Source of the DNA: Piromyces finnis finn
Taxonomy: Eukaryota > Fungi > Neocallimastigomycota
Assembly: GCA_002104945.1 (NCBI GenBank)
Contig: MCFH01000006.1
Location: 1,240,001-1,304,000, forward strand
Length of the DNA: 64,000 nt
Direction of reading: 5' to 3'
Shown: positions 1 to 13,282 of the stretch, in pieces
Layout: each line of letters opens with the position of its first letter
How positions within the stretch are numbered: the first letter of the stretch is position 1
The notes under the pieces: generated by a model
What the model saw: the letters and a program-made list of their open reading frames with translations, nothing else
Database searches by the model: none
What the model was told of the DNA's origin: nothing
Made by a program: the position numbers and the translations under genes

Positions 1-3
1 AAT

Positions 4-1012
4 TTAGCTATTTGTTTTAAAAATTTTAATTGTGATTGCTGAATTATTTCTTGTTTCAGTACTTATATCGTCTTCCTATTTTATTTTAATTAAATTTATA
101 AAATTATACATAAATTTGTATATTATAATTTAATCAATCGCGTTACTCAACATTCAATAATTTATTATTTTAAAGAGAAACAAATATATTAAATTTAAAA
201 AATACCTTATTTTCTGGTTCAATGTCATCAAATAATTTAACAGTTGAAGTGGTAATTTCCCAATCTATTTTATCTGAAAATTGCTTTTTAAGTTCAAGAG
301 CTAAATTTACTGTTGTTTTAATTGCTGCACCTAAACCATGCAACACAATAAAAGTGATTCTTATATATAATAAAAATATAATATTAGGATTTTAATATAT
401 ATATATTTTCATTTTTCATTTTAATAACTTTTTTTTTTTTAAATTTTATCAGAAATTAAGTTGAAATTTCAATCAATATCATATCATATTGGATGAAAAT
501 AAAAAATTTATGGATATTGTATATATTTATATTTTCTTCTTATATTATATGTTGTTAAGCTGTCTCTATTAATTTCAATATAGTATTACTAAATTGTTAT
601 TAGCTATATTCAAATATTTAATTGATTTTTTTTTATCCAATTTATTTACATTTTTAATTATAATTATGCCAACATATTTGTACAATTTCTTAATGAAATA
701 AAATAAGTTGATAATTACTCTTTTTCCAATAATAGTTTTTTTGCTCTTTTTATTAAAGAAATATATGAACTTTTTCTTGAAACATATATATCATTTTTTT
801 TTATTGGAAGATGTTGGGGAGTACGTTTATGAATAACTTTATTACTCTTATTAATTGCTATTTAAATTTAATAATTTATTAATAGTAATAATATTTATAA
901 TAATTAATAAATAAAAAAAGCTTTATTACTAAGTATTTTGTATTTATTTATTTTAGAAATGAGTATTAATTATATTACCTTTTACAGTATCCTTTGTTTT
1001 ACTAAGCTTCAT
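4..1012 (-). CDS. POP7: RNase P/MRP subunit Pop7/Rpp20 (Alba-like); 4 exons: 979-1012, 719-857, 206-359, 4-75
   Basis: Manual splicing with GT-AG sites and consistent phases gives MKLSKTKDTVK-AINKSNKVIHKRTPQHLPIKKNDIYVSRKSSYISLIKRAKKLLLEK-EITFIVLHGLGAAIKTTVNLALEL...TTSTVKLFDDIEPENK-EDDISTETRNNSAITIKIFKTNS*. This matches the Rpp20 motifs NDIYV, HGLGxAI, STVxLxD and RNNSAI. Not in the ORF track. Confidence 0.9.
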
Positions 1013-2598
1013 TTTTGTACAAAAAATTTAAGAAAAACAAAAAGTATATTTTTTGAATAATAATTTCGTGTTTCAAATAATTTTAATGTAATATTTATAT
1101 ATCATATGAGAATCACAAAAATTTTAAAATTTCTTCATAAAAATAATTTCTTGAAGATTAAATTTATGTATTTTTCATTATTAATATTATATTTATAAAT
1201 TAAAATGATATCTATAGTTTCATTTTATTATTAGTTCGTTCTAATTTCTATTATATTGCTAACAAGAAAATTTATTATTCAATAAAATAACTATTATTAC
1301 TATCTTTATTTTAGTAATTATTTTTCAATTTCTCATTGTTAAGTTGATTATGTAAATATTAAAAATAATATTTTCATATATTCACTTAATTATCTTTTGA
1401 GTTAAAATTTATAATTTTATTATTTATAACTTTAAAAATAATATTTAAAATGTAGTTTATGTTGAAATTTTAAAAAAAGATACTTATTATATTAGTATCC
1501 ATATATTATCAATATATTATAAATATTTTAAGAAAATAATGTTCTATTAATTTTAATATATTAAATAGTGTTTTGGAAAGTATATCATCTTTTACGCGAA
1601 TCATATTATCGATAGGACAGAAATAATAAACATTTTTCAATCCAATAAAAATATTTTTAACATGTGAAAGAAAATCTATTTTATGAAATAAAGCCATAAA
1701 AATAATAATAATAACATTTTTTTTATTATTAATATAAGTATATAAGGATTTAAGCCATATGCGTCTCTTTAATTAATTTACCAATTGAAGTTACAATTCA
1801 ATTAATAGTGCAAATAAATTTTCGAGTTTAATTAATAATGTTAAAAGTTAAATAAATAAAAAATAACATATAAAAAAACATTAACTATAAATATAAGCAA
1901 TATCTTTTCTTTTATATTTATAATATATATCTATATCAAAGGTTATTTCAGTAAACAAACCCATTTAATAAAAAAGGAGTTTAGTTTGAAAATTACATGT
2001 TACCTTTTATTCCTATTTTTTTTTTATAATAGTTAAATTTGTATTATGCAGAATTTCTAAAATTTTATAATTTTATTTAAATGAATAATATATTGTTAAC
2101 TAAATATATTAAATAAATTGATAAATTAATCCTTTAAATTTTCTAATAATGTCAAAAATATATAAATGAAAAATTTTCTTTTTTTTTTTTTGATTCTTTG
2201 CTCTTAAAAGTTTTATTTTATAATTATAACAAATAAAAGAATTTTAATACTTCTTTGTTTGTAGTAATTAATATAAATAAAAGTATTTTCAAAGTTAAAA
2301 ATTATCAATTTATTAATTTATTGATTGTAAAAATATTAAAATAATATATAGACATAAAATATAAATATTTTACAAGTTTATCTTTTAAAATATTTTAATA
2401 TAAAAGCTGAAGATTAAAAACATTACATATCGGGTTATATTTTTAAATTTAAAACTATTATAATTTATTCAAGACCTGTATAAAAACATAAAAAATAAAA
2501 ATATTTCCTTTTAAACAAAATAATAAATAATAAAACAATTAAAATAAAGCAATAAACAAATAATTAATTAATTAATTAATAATAATAAAGTGATAAAG

Positions 2599-3447
2599 AT
2601 GGTTAAGTTTTTCAAACAAGTTACCGATTTAAAGTAATATTCAAAAAAGCAATTAAGCTTTTTATATTTATATAATAATTTCATTTTTAAACATTAGAAA
2701 TATACTGACAATATTAATTCATATTATAGACACAGCTGGGAACAATTAACCTTAGCTGTTTGGTCAAAGTACCCAAACCCACATTCTTCTCATGTCCTTA
2801 CAAGTGATGTTGTTGATAGATATGTTGATTCAAGAACTGGTTACTTATATACTACTCGTGTATTTTTAAAGACACACAATCTTCCCAAATGGGGTAGAAA
2901 AGTAAAGATTAAAAATAGAAAATAATTATTTTTATTTTTTAGCGAATTATTATTTATACTTTTTCTTATATATTCAAAAAATATTTTAAATTATAGTTAG
3001 TAAGTAACAATGAAGCATTTGTCGTTGAACATTCTGTGTGTAAACCAAATGAAGGAACAATGGTAGTTTCACAAAAAAATCTATCTCATGCAAAATTATT
3101 ATTAGTTGAAGAAACTCAAAAATTTATTAGAAAGAATGAATTAGAAACCACAATGGTTACTAAAGCAAGGATTACTAGTAATATTTGGGGACCTCTTTGT
3201 TCTAAAATTGAAAGTGTTGGTTTAAAAAGAATGATAGAGGGAACTAAAAATGTTAGTATTTGTTAACATAAGATTTTTACTTTCTTTTATGCAACTTTTT
3301 TGAAAATAAATATTAATTCAAATTATTTTTCTAATAATAAAATTGTTTATAAAATAGAGTTGTAATGGACTTTTATATGCTGTTGATAAACTTAAAACTT
3401 CAAAGAATGCATTTGCTTTCAAAAATTCACTAAAGGCATTAAAATAA
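2599..3447 (+). CDS. UPS1: PRELI/MSF1-domain mitochondrial intermembrane-space lipid transfer protein (Ups1/PRELID1-like); 4 exons
   Basis: Spliced product MVKFFKQVTDL..HSWEQLTLAVWSKYPNPHSSHVLTSDVVDRYVDSRTGYLYTTRVF...AFVVEHSVC...KNLSHAKLLLVEETQKF...IESVGLKRM...SCNGLLYAVDKL. KYPNPHSSHV is the PRELI signature. Ups1 versus Ups2 assignment is less certain than the family. Confidence 0.85.
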
Positions 3448-4526
3448 GAAAAAAGTAATAATAAAAGAAACTTTTATATATTATTATTTAAAATGAAGGA
3501 AATGGAAAATGAAAAAGAAAAACATAAGTAAATGATACCTAAAATTCAGAATATCTTATTTATTTTAGAATATTTAAAATGAAATATTAGAAATTTCTGT
3601 TTTATAACATTAATTTAACTTCTTTTTAAAAATATATTAAAAGGATTTAATAAATATACCCAATTTTTATTTATACGTTTTATTTTTTATCCTTTTTTTT
3701 TTTTTTTTAAAAAAAAAAACAAAGTAGTACCTAAAATCAATAAACAAAGAATAAAATAAAATAAAAATAAAGTAAAAAAAAAAAAAGAATTAAATAAAAA
3801 TATTAAAAGAAAATGAGAGAAAACAAACAAATAAGTTTTAATTTTTTTTCTTATTATAAAAATAATAAAAAACATATAGATAATGTAAATCGTTATTAAC
3901 TATAATTCACATAAAATAAAATAATGAATAATAAAATAATTTTTACAGAAATTATTTATTTTTACAATAAATAATAAAAGAATAAACAAGCTTTGAAAAA
4001 TACAAAACAAAAAAAAAAAAAAAAGCTTTTTAAATAATTTAAATATATTGTATTAAATTAAATAAACCATTAAAAATACTAGTAATAAATTACTATTAGA
4101 ATTCTAAATATGATAAAATTATATATTAGAATCATTTTATTTATTTATTTTTTTATTATTAATAATAATGATATTGTAAGATAACTATGTTTATTTAATA
4201 AAACATTTCTTTTTTTTTTTTTTTATTTCTATTACTCTTTTCATATTACTAATTACTATAATAGTTTCGATTAAAAATTTGAATGTACATTTTTGATATT
4301 CAAATTTTAATTTATAATTAAAGGTATTAATTTTTAAAACAATATCGTATAATTAATAATTGTAAGCTTATTATGTTTAACTTAATGCTGTAGATTATAA
4401 TATTTATTTTGGCTTCTTTTAATAATTTATGTTAAAATCTTTAATAAATTAGTTTATTTTAATTCATAATTTTAAAATTCTTTATGAATATAAACTAATT
4501 AAATAATATTAATAAAATATTATTTG

Positions 4527-4575
4527 TTTTCCATTGCTACTACAAAATCTTTTTTTTTGTAGTAGCAATGGAAAA
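4527..4575. repeat. Perfect 21-bp inverted repeat with 7-nt spacer
   Basis: ttttccattgctactacaaaa (4527-4547), spacer tcttttt, then its exact reverse complement ttttgtagtagcaatggaaaa (4555-4575). Confidence 0.95.
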
Positions 4576-5239
4576 TAAAAAAAGAAACATAGGGTTAAAG
4601 GAAAGAATTTATATAATATATATTTTCAAATTTTTAATTTTAAGTTTAATTAAATAATTTTTAAATTTTTATTTATTCTTCTTTTTTTTTGATAATCAAT
4701 TTATTTTTTTTTTTTAGATTATACAAATATATTAAAATATGTTTTAATTATATTTTATCAAAAATTTATTTAAAAGGAAATAATATATAACTAATATAAT
4801 GCTAATATACTATTTTTAATGGATAGAACAAACAAAAATTTTAGATTAGTTAATTCAAAACAAAAAACAAAAAAACAAAAAAACAAAAAAATAAAAAAAA
4901 AAAGACTTATAAAGAAGATAACCTAACTTTAAGAAATTATTGGGATTTCAAACTATTGAACTAAAAGTAAAAAGAAATCCAGGATTTAAAGTTGGTAATT
5001 AACTAATTAATAATACTTAGAACATATAAACTAAATTGATAATGTTTAAAATACCTTATTATACATTAATATTAAATTGAAATTAAAACAAATTTTAAAT
5101 TATCTTTTTTAAAATATATTTTAAGATAGGATTAAACAAAAATAAAGTTAAATATTTAATTATTCATTTATTATGAATAATTTATCATTATATAAATTGA
5201 TGATAAAAAATATGGAAAAGAAATATATATATAAATATA

Positions 5240-5278
<39 letters not shown>

Positions 5279-7105
5279 ATATATATATAAATAAATAAAT
5301 AAATAAATAAATTAATTAAATTAGTTATTTATATATTTAATTTTCAAAAAAAAAATAAAAATAATTATTATTAATTTATATCATTATATAATAATAAATA
5401 GACTATTTTTATAATAATAAAAAAATTAAGTAGTAGTATTACTGTAAATATATCAATAAATATAACAATATAATAATGTAATTTAAAATAGTTGATAGAT
5501 GACAATTTTTGAGTAATACTAAAAAATATTAGTTTAGTTGTATGTTCAAAAAAAAAGATTTTTGACTATGACTATATAATACTGAATTTAATTTTGATAG
5601 TTTTAATTATAAAGAATAAAAGTATTAAAATATTAAAATACTTTTAAACAAATAATTTAAAATGATTTATTTTAAAAACATAGTAATATATTAGATAGAT
5701 ATTAGTATACTGTTTTAATATTGATAATTAAAAAATTTAATAAAATTGTATTGTAATTAATTTTTTTACATTTTGATTTTGTATTAATATTTTATTCATT
5801 TTTTTTTATTTTTATCTTTTTTTTTTTAACTAATTAAAAAAGAAAAAGATAAATTGTATATAAATATTATTTTTATGTTACTTCTATACAGCAGAATAAA
5901 GAAAAAATTGGCATAATAATCAATAATACTTATTTGTTGTAAAGCGAAATCTATTTTTAAAAAGAAAAGAATAAAGGGGTTTTCTTAATTATTCATAAGA
6001 AGAAAAATGATTTAATATTGTAAAACATTTTCTTTTTATAATAATAAAAAAAAAGTAAAAGTCATTTTATTTTATTATATTATTATTTATAAAAGTTAAA
6101 AGGTTCATGATATAATGATATATATAATATACATAGTTTAATTTTTTTTTTATACTTATTTTTTAAAATAATCTTAAATTTTAATTATATACAAACCTTT
6201 AATTTAAATTGATAATTAATTACTTTTTAACTAAAAAACTAAATAAAATATATAATATCATAAACACAATATAAGATATCACTTTATTTCTTTAATACAT
6301 TTCAATTAATGAAATACATTTAATAAAAAGGAGCAAATAAAGATATATTTAATATATAACTTATTTATAAGTATAAGCATAATTCTCCTTATCTTTCCAA
6401 AATAAGGAATTTTATTTTTTATCATAGAATTAAATTATTTAAAGGAGCGAGTTATGAAGATTAAACTTATAAAATATATGTTTAATTATATATGAATTAC
6501 AAGGTATCAATAAAGAAGCTGATTAAAAAATAGGAAACTAAATTTTTAATTAGAAAATATTAAACATGGATAATTATAATTTTTGAATTTGAATGAAACA
6601 AAAATAATAATTTATATCAACGAATACCAACAATAAAAGTATTATACAGCACAAATTCAAACTTTATATATATACATATATATTAATTAATTATAACTAA
6701 AAGATAATTATTTAAAAATCATAAAAAAGTATAAAATTCAATTTTAATATATACTTTTTTTTTTTTATTTGGAAATTTTAAAAGTATATAATTAAATTTA
6801 TAATAAATGAATTTATTATAAGTATGTTTAAAAAAAAAAAGTTTTTTTGACATTTAAATTTAAATAATAATAAATATGCAATTAAAATATCTCAATTTTA
6901 TTAGAAAAATTAATATTTTAATAATAAATATTAACTTATATTGATATAATGATAACTTTAAAATTAATATTTTAATTACATCAAATATTGTTTATACTTA
7001 TTTTATTTATAATTAGAACATAATAGTACTATAATTAATTGCTCCGGTATAGTAAATAATTCAATGATAAAACTATAATATTAACGTTGACAAAAACGAA
7101 ATAAA

Positions 7106-7148
<43 letters not shown>

Positions 7149-7867
7149 TTCTTTTTTTCTTTCTTTTTTTAAATAAGAATACAATAGTATTTTTTTTATT
7201 ATTTTTATTTAATTAACAAAATCAAATATTTTATTAAAAATTATTAATTTTTTTTTATTCTTTTTTTAAATAAACTAATTATTATAAAAATTGAAATTTA
7301 ATTAACTTAACAATATAATATTATTATAAATAAACAAATTATAATCATATTATTAATAATAAAAACTCAAAAAAACAAAAAACAAACTTTATATATTAAT
7401 TTAAACAAAAACAAAACAAAACAATATTATAAACAATTTTCAAAATAAACTAAAATTACAAAAATAACATTTAATTAATAAATTTTAAATAAATAAATAA
7501 ATAAATAAATGAATAATAATAATAATAATAATAAATACCAATAATAATAACAAATAACAAAATAATAAAAAAATAAAAATAATAATAAAAATAAAAATAA
7601 AAATAAAAATAAAAAAAATAATAATAATAAACATCAACATTGTCATCATCATATAATTACTAAAAAATATACAAAACTCCTTCATTTTCTTATCAGACCC
7701 ATAAAAAGAAAGAAAACTTAATGAAAAACGATTCACATTTATCATTAAAATTAAAAATCTTTATTAAAAGAGTATTAAAAAGAAAGAATTCTAAACGACT
7801 TAATTCTAAAAAACTTATAAAAATTAAAAAAAGAGAGTCAAATAAAAGTTTAAATAAAAAAAAGAAA

Positions 7868-10847
7868 ATGTCTTCTTACAAAAGCAGTTTTTTATTGTCT
7901 TCAAGTGATAATGAAACACCTACTGGTATTCATCGTAAGAGTTATAGTCAATCCTACATGACTGATAGTGATAAAAATGATTCTCCAATAGATTCTCCTA
8001 AAGTTTCATATCCTATACCATCTACTTCTTCTTCATCAATTTATCAATCTCAAAGTAGTGAAGAATCCATAAATATAATTTCTTCGAATCAAACACCAGA
8101 AATATCTAATATCCCAAGTTTTATTACTCCAAATAATCATATTCCAAGTTCAAGTTCATACTTATTACCCAATTCATCCACAACCGGAAATCTATCTACC
8201 TCATTTACTAATTTAAATAATCAATCTTTTCATGCACCAACTATGGTACCAGTGCATAATTTAAATCCAAATGTTCCATTACCTCGTTTTAATAGTAGAA
8301 GACGTCTTAGTTACCCTCATAATGCCCTTATTGCACCAAGTTTTTCAAACTCATCATTTCCAGCTCCCATTACTCCATTCAATAATTCAGTGGCAGCATC
8401 AACAACAAATCTCTCACCTGAAAAACACATAGGTAATAACATAATAAATAAATAATCATAAAATTATCCTATTAATTTAAATAATTATGCTGTATCATTA
8501 TAGCATATATTTTATTGCTTTATTATTAATATAATATTATAATATTATATATATATATATTTAAATAAAAAATATTAATAATTGCATAATTATGATGAAA
8601 TATAATTATTCTTATATTTTAATAACATAAAATTAATTTTAATGTTATATTCTTATTTTAAAATTATTATATAATTATAGATAAGTCAAGTTTAGATCCA
8701 AAACTAATTATATTTATGGTTGGTCTTCCAGCTCGTGGAAAATCATGTAATTATTTCAAGATGATAAAATTATATAAATATTTCATTTAATAAATTTTTC
8801 TAAATGTATTATTATATATGTTCATATACATTATTAAAGATATTTGTCAAAAATTACGTAGATATTTGGCTTGGATTGGTAAGGAATATTATTTAATTCT
8901 AAAAAAAATAAATAAATAAATATATATATGTCTTTTTTGTTAATATTATTTATTTATTATGTCGAATTTTTTTTATTGATAAAGGATATAAAACAAGAAT
9001 TTTTAATGTTGGTAATAAAAGAAGAGTTGCTCATTTAAATTATGAACAAACTAAAGTTCCAGGTACTAAACATGATGCCAACTTTTTTGACCCATCTAAT
9101 GCTGAGTATTCATCTGAAAGAGATTTACTTGCATTAGAGACTTTAGAAGAATTAATTAGTTGGCTTAAAAGAGGTGGTAATGTTGGTATACATGATGCCA
9201 CTAATTCCACGAAGAAACGTAGAGAGTTTTTAATGGCTAGATGCAAAAAAGAACCAAATGTTATTACCATGTTTGTAGAGTCCATATGGTAAATATTAAT
9301 ATATACATATATACGAATATTATTATAATTAGAAATATATTTTTATTTAATTAATAAATATTGATTAATATATTAATGGAATAATCTATTGTTATTATTT
9401 ATAAATGTTAATTAAATTAGTACTGATAAGGATGTTATTGAACGTAATGTATCAATGAAATTAAGAAGTCCAGATTATATACACATGGATACAAAACAAG
9501 CTATAGATGATTTTAAAGCAAGAATGGCAAACTATGAAAAAGCATATGAACCAGTGTCTGAAGAAACTGAGGGAGATGATATAAGGTATTTTTAATTTTT
9601 AATTTAATATAAAATAATAACAATATATTAAAATGTGCATAAATTATTAAATAATTTTAACAAATATATTTTAAATTTAATTATACTTTATAATCAATAT
9701 CCTGTAGTTATATCAAATCTATTAATGTTGGTAGAAAAGTCACAGGTTATAATATTCATGGTTATTTATGTTCACAATGTGTTTTCTATCTTATGAATAT
9801 TCATATAAAGGAAAGAACAATTTGGTTAACCCGTCATGGTGAAAGTGTATATAATTTATGTAATCGAATTGGAGGTGATAGTCCTTTGACTGAATTTGGT
9901 AGAAGATATAGCCAAGCATTAGCAAGATTTGTACAATCTTTCCATCCACCTGATGAATGTAGTGATTTAACTCGTACAGAATATCCAAAGGAGAGTTATG
10001 GGTAATTATATTAATAAATTTTTAATAGATCAACTATTTAAACTATTTTTATTATATAATTATTAATTTCTTCTACTATAATATATTATAATATGCAATT
10101 ATTTTTATCCCAATTTCATTTCATAGACCATTATCTATTTGGACATCTAATTTAAGAAGAGCAAGAGAAACAGCTGAACCATTTGATCAAAGATTTAATA
10201 TAAAAAGTGTTCGTTTTTTAAATGAAATTTATTCAGGTGTATATGAAAATATGACAATGGTAATTATATGAATATTTTTTTGTTTTTTTAAAAAAAAAAT
10301 GAAAATATAAAATTTTTTTTAAAAAAAAAATAATAAAATAATATGTAAATTCAAAATTTGTAGGAAGAAATACAACAAGCTAATCCAGAAGATTTTGCTG
10401 GTAATTATATATATAAATATGAGTAATTTAAAAATTTTATTTTAACTTTTTTTTTTTTTTTTTTTTTTAAAAAAAATTCTGGTACAACATAAAAAACAAA
10501 AACAAAAATAAACGAATTAATTAATAAATAAATAAATAGCACGCCAAGCAAATAAATTAGTATATAGATACCCAGGTGCTGGAGGTGAATCCTATATTGA
10601 TGTTATTGATCGTTTAAGACCCGGAATTATTGAATTAGAAAGAATGGAAACTAGTGTTTTAGTTGTTACACATAATGTTATTATGAGAACTTTATTAGCC
10701 TATTTTACTGGTATTGATTTACAAGAAATGCCATCTTTAAACATCCCGTTACATACTTTATATTGTCTCAAACCAAAACCTTATGGTGCTGAATTAATTA
10801 AATATAGATACAATTCTATGACAGATTCATTTGAACGTGTTGAATAG
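7868..10847 (+). CDS. PFK26: Bifunctional 6-phosphofructo-2-kinase/fructose-2,6-bisphosphatase; 9 exons. The in-frame upstream ATG at 7721 is a possible alternative start.
   Basis: P-loop MVGLPARGKS, DATNST, histidine phosphatase motif LTRHGES, YPGAGGESY and VVTHNVIMR. All eight introns are GT-AG with consistent phases. The N-terminus is Ser/Pro-rich. Confidence 0.92.
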
Positions 10848-10958
10848 ACATCGGCAGTATTATATTATAATTAAAGTCTATTAAAAAAAAAAAAAAAAAC
10901 TATGAAAGAAAAAAAAAAATAATAAAATAAGATACTACAACAACTTTAAAAGTTATTT

Positions 10959-11000
<42 letters not shown>

Positions 11001-11271
11001 ATTATCTGAGAAATAATAAAAACCAATTCAAATCATAATTATAATATTTAATAATGCGAATATTACCAAACCAAAATCATTAAATAATAATACATTTCAA
11101 TATTTAATATGTAATCAATAAATTTTCTTTTTCTTTTTCTTTTTTTTTTATTTATTACTTTCTATAATTTACATATAAAATTTTTCTTTTTAAATAAAAT
11201 GGAAATATGAAAAACAATAATCAAATTAATTCTAGTATATATTGCCAAAAATTATAATAAATAAAATATTA

Positions 11272-11536
<265 letters not shown>

Positions 11537-13282
11537 TAGGTAATTAATTTCAATTAAACGAAGAAAAAAAAAGTGTCATTTAAAAAGATAAAAAAAAACA
11601 AAACAAAACAACTGAGCATTAATTCTATGCATGTAAAATTGTATGTTTAATATTATGTTTTATATTTAAAAATGTGTATTTTATTTTTAATTCAAATATT
11701 AATATAATGTTAATTTCCTGAATAAATACTTAAAATATTTATATAATTAAAATATAGTTAAGCAGTCCTTTTAATTTTTTTTTTTTTGTATTTTACAATT
11801 AATTATATTATATAATATCCCATAAATTCTAGCTATTTTAATTCAATAACCATTTAATTTTATTAATTGGTTATGGTTATTATATATTTCTTTTCTTTTA
11901 TTCATTCATTACAATTGTTAATTTATTTAAATTAAAGTATTTCTATTTCAACTTATTCTTTCGAATTTATATTATAATTAATTAGTGTTTTATAATAAAC
12001 TTTGCTTATAGATTTATCTTTTTATAAGTTTAATAAAAATATTAGAAAATTATTTTTATGGAAAACAGAATTTTCTATTTTAAAATTACACTAACATATA
12101 CTCGATTTTGGTATTAATAATACAATAAAAGAAATTTTAAAATGATCAGTTCATTTTATTATTATTATTATTATTATAATAAGAACATTATATATTTATT
12201 GTATTTATACAAATATATCCTACATATTTTATTTTTATTGTTAATAACACTAATAATATGGGTAATATGATAAAAAATTACTTTTTTACTCGTTCTTTTT
12301 ACTATCATCTTGATTTATAAAACTTTTTATATTTTTCTATTAAATAAAGTTTGTGTTTTGAAGAAATAATAATTAAAGTTTTAAAATATATTTTTCCTTT
12401 TTTGAAAATAATATATTATAATATATTATATAATATATTTAATATAATCCATTTTTCACGTTTTATATTATTTAAATTAATTATTAATTTTTTTTATTAT
12501 GTATAAAAACGGATGATAGTGTCATTTGTGTATATTTTATATATTTTGGAAATATATATACCATTTTTTCATAAAATAATATTATTTAAGTATAATAATA
12601 AATTATTAGTGAAATTATTTCAAAAATTGTTTAAATAGAATTAGTAATATGATATATCATTTTTATTATTTTTTGTTGACAAATTATTTATTAATTTATA
12701 ATTAATAAATAAAAATTTTAAAATTTTATTTTGTTAGGGAGAGCTTTTTTAAAAAAAATATTAAAAGAAAGAAAAAAAGAAGCTTTAAAGATTCAATTAT
12801 AAATTAAATATATATTATTTGAGAATAAATAAATTACCTATCTTATATGCTAAATTTGTTTAAATATATATAAATAATCATTAATAATAATAGTTTTTTT
12901 TTCTTTTTTCTTTTTTTTTTGAAATTAATATTATAAACAATTGTTTAATAGAGTTAATGAAGAGAAACATTTTATATCAGTAAATGAAATATAAAAATCT
13001 TTTCACAAAAATAAAAATAAAAAAAATCCCACTAATTATTAATTAATAAAATATAATTATTCGTTCTTTTCATTTCAGTTTATTATCGAGTATTATAATT
13101 GTATATAGCATAAAATATAATTTTATAAATAATAATATATTGATAATAAAATCATGTTGTAAATAAGTTAATAATATTTTCACTTTCAATTTAGATATAA
13201 AAGATATTTAAAAATATTTAAAAAGTTAAATTTCAAGTAACTGTGAAAGAATAGTTAATAGAAATTTATTATATAAAACATA

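Noticed and set aside
3687-3875. Hydrophobic ORF rich in F/I/L, and the similar ORF 7485-7745
   Set aside because: These are translations of A/T homopolymer and AAT-repeat DNA in UTR or intergenic sequence, with no coding-like composition.
7721-7867. 49-aa Lys-rich in-frame extension upstream of the PFK26 start
   Set aside because: It is probably A-rich 5' UTR that is open by chance. ATG 7868 has an AAAATG context and marks the shift to coding-like composition. Not fully excluded.
8592-8680. Perfect box C (ATGATGA) in PFK26 intron 1, and likewise in the DPM2 intron near 56913
   Set aside because: There is no downstream box D (CTGA) or terminal stem inside either intron.
9040-9285. Antisense ORFs over real exons (9040-9285, 9791-9988, 15497-15817, 16217-16432, 17843-18196, 19778-20008, 23462-23692, 31492-31755, 44741-44971 and others)
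   Set aside because: They are shadow frames of the coding strand with no independent motifs.
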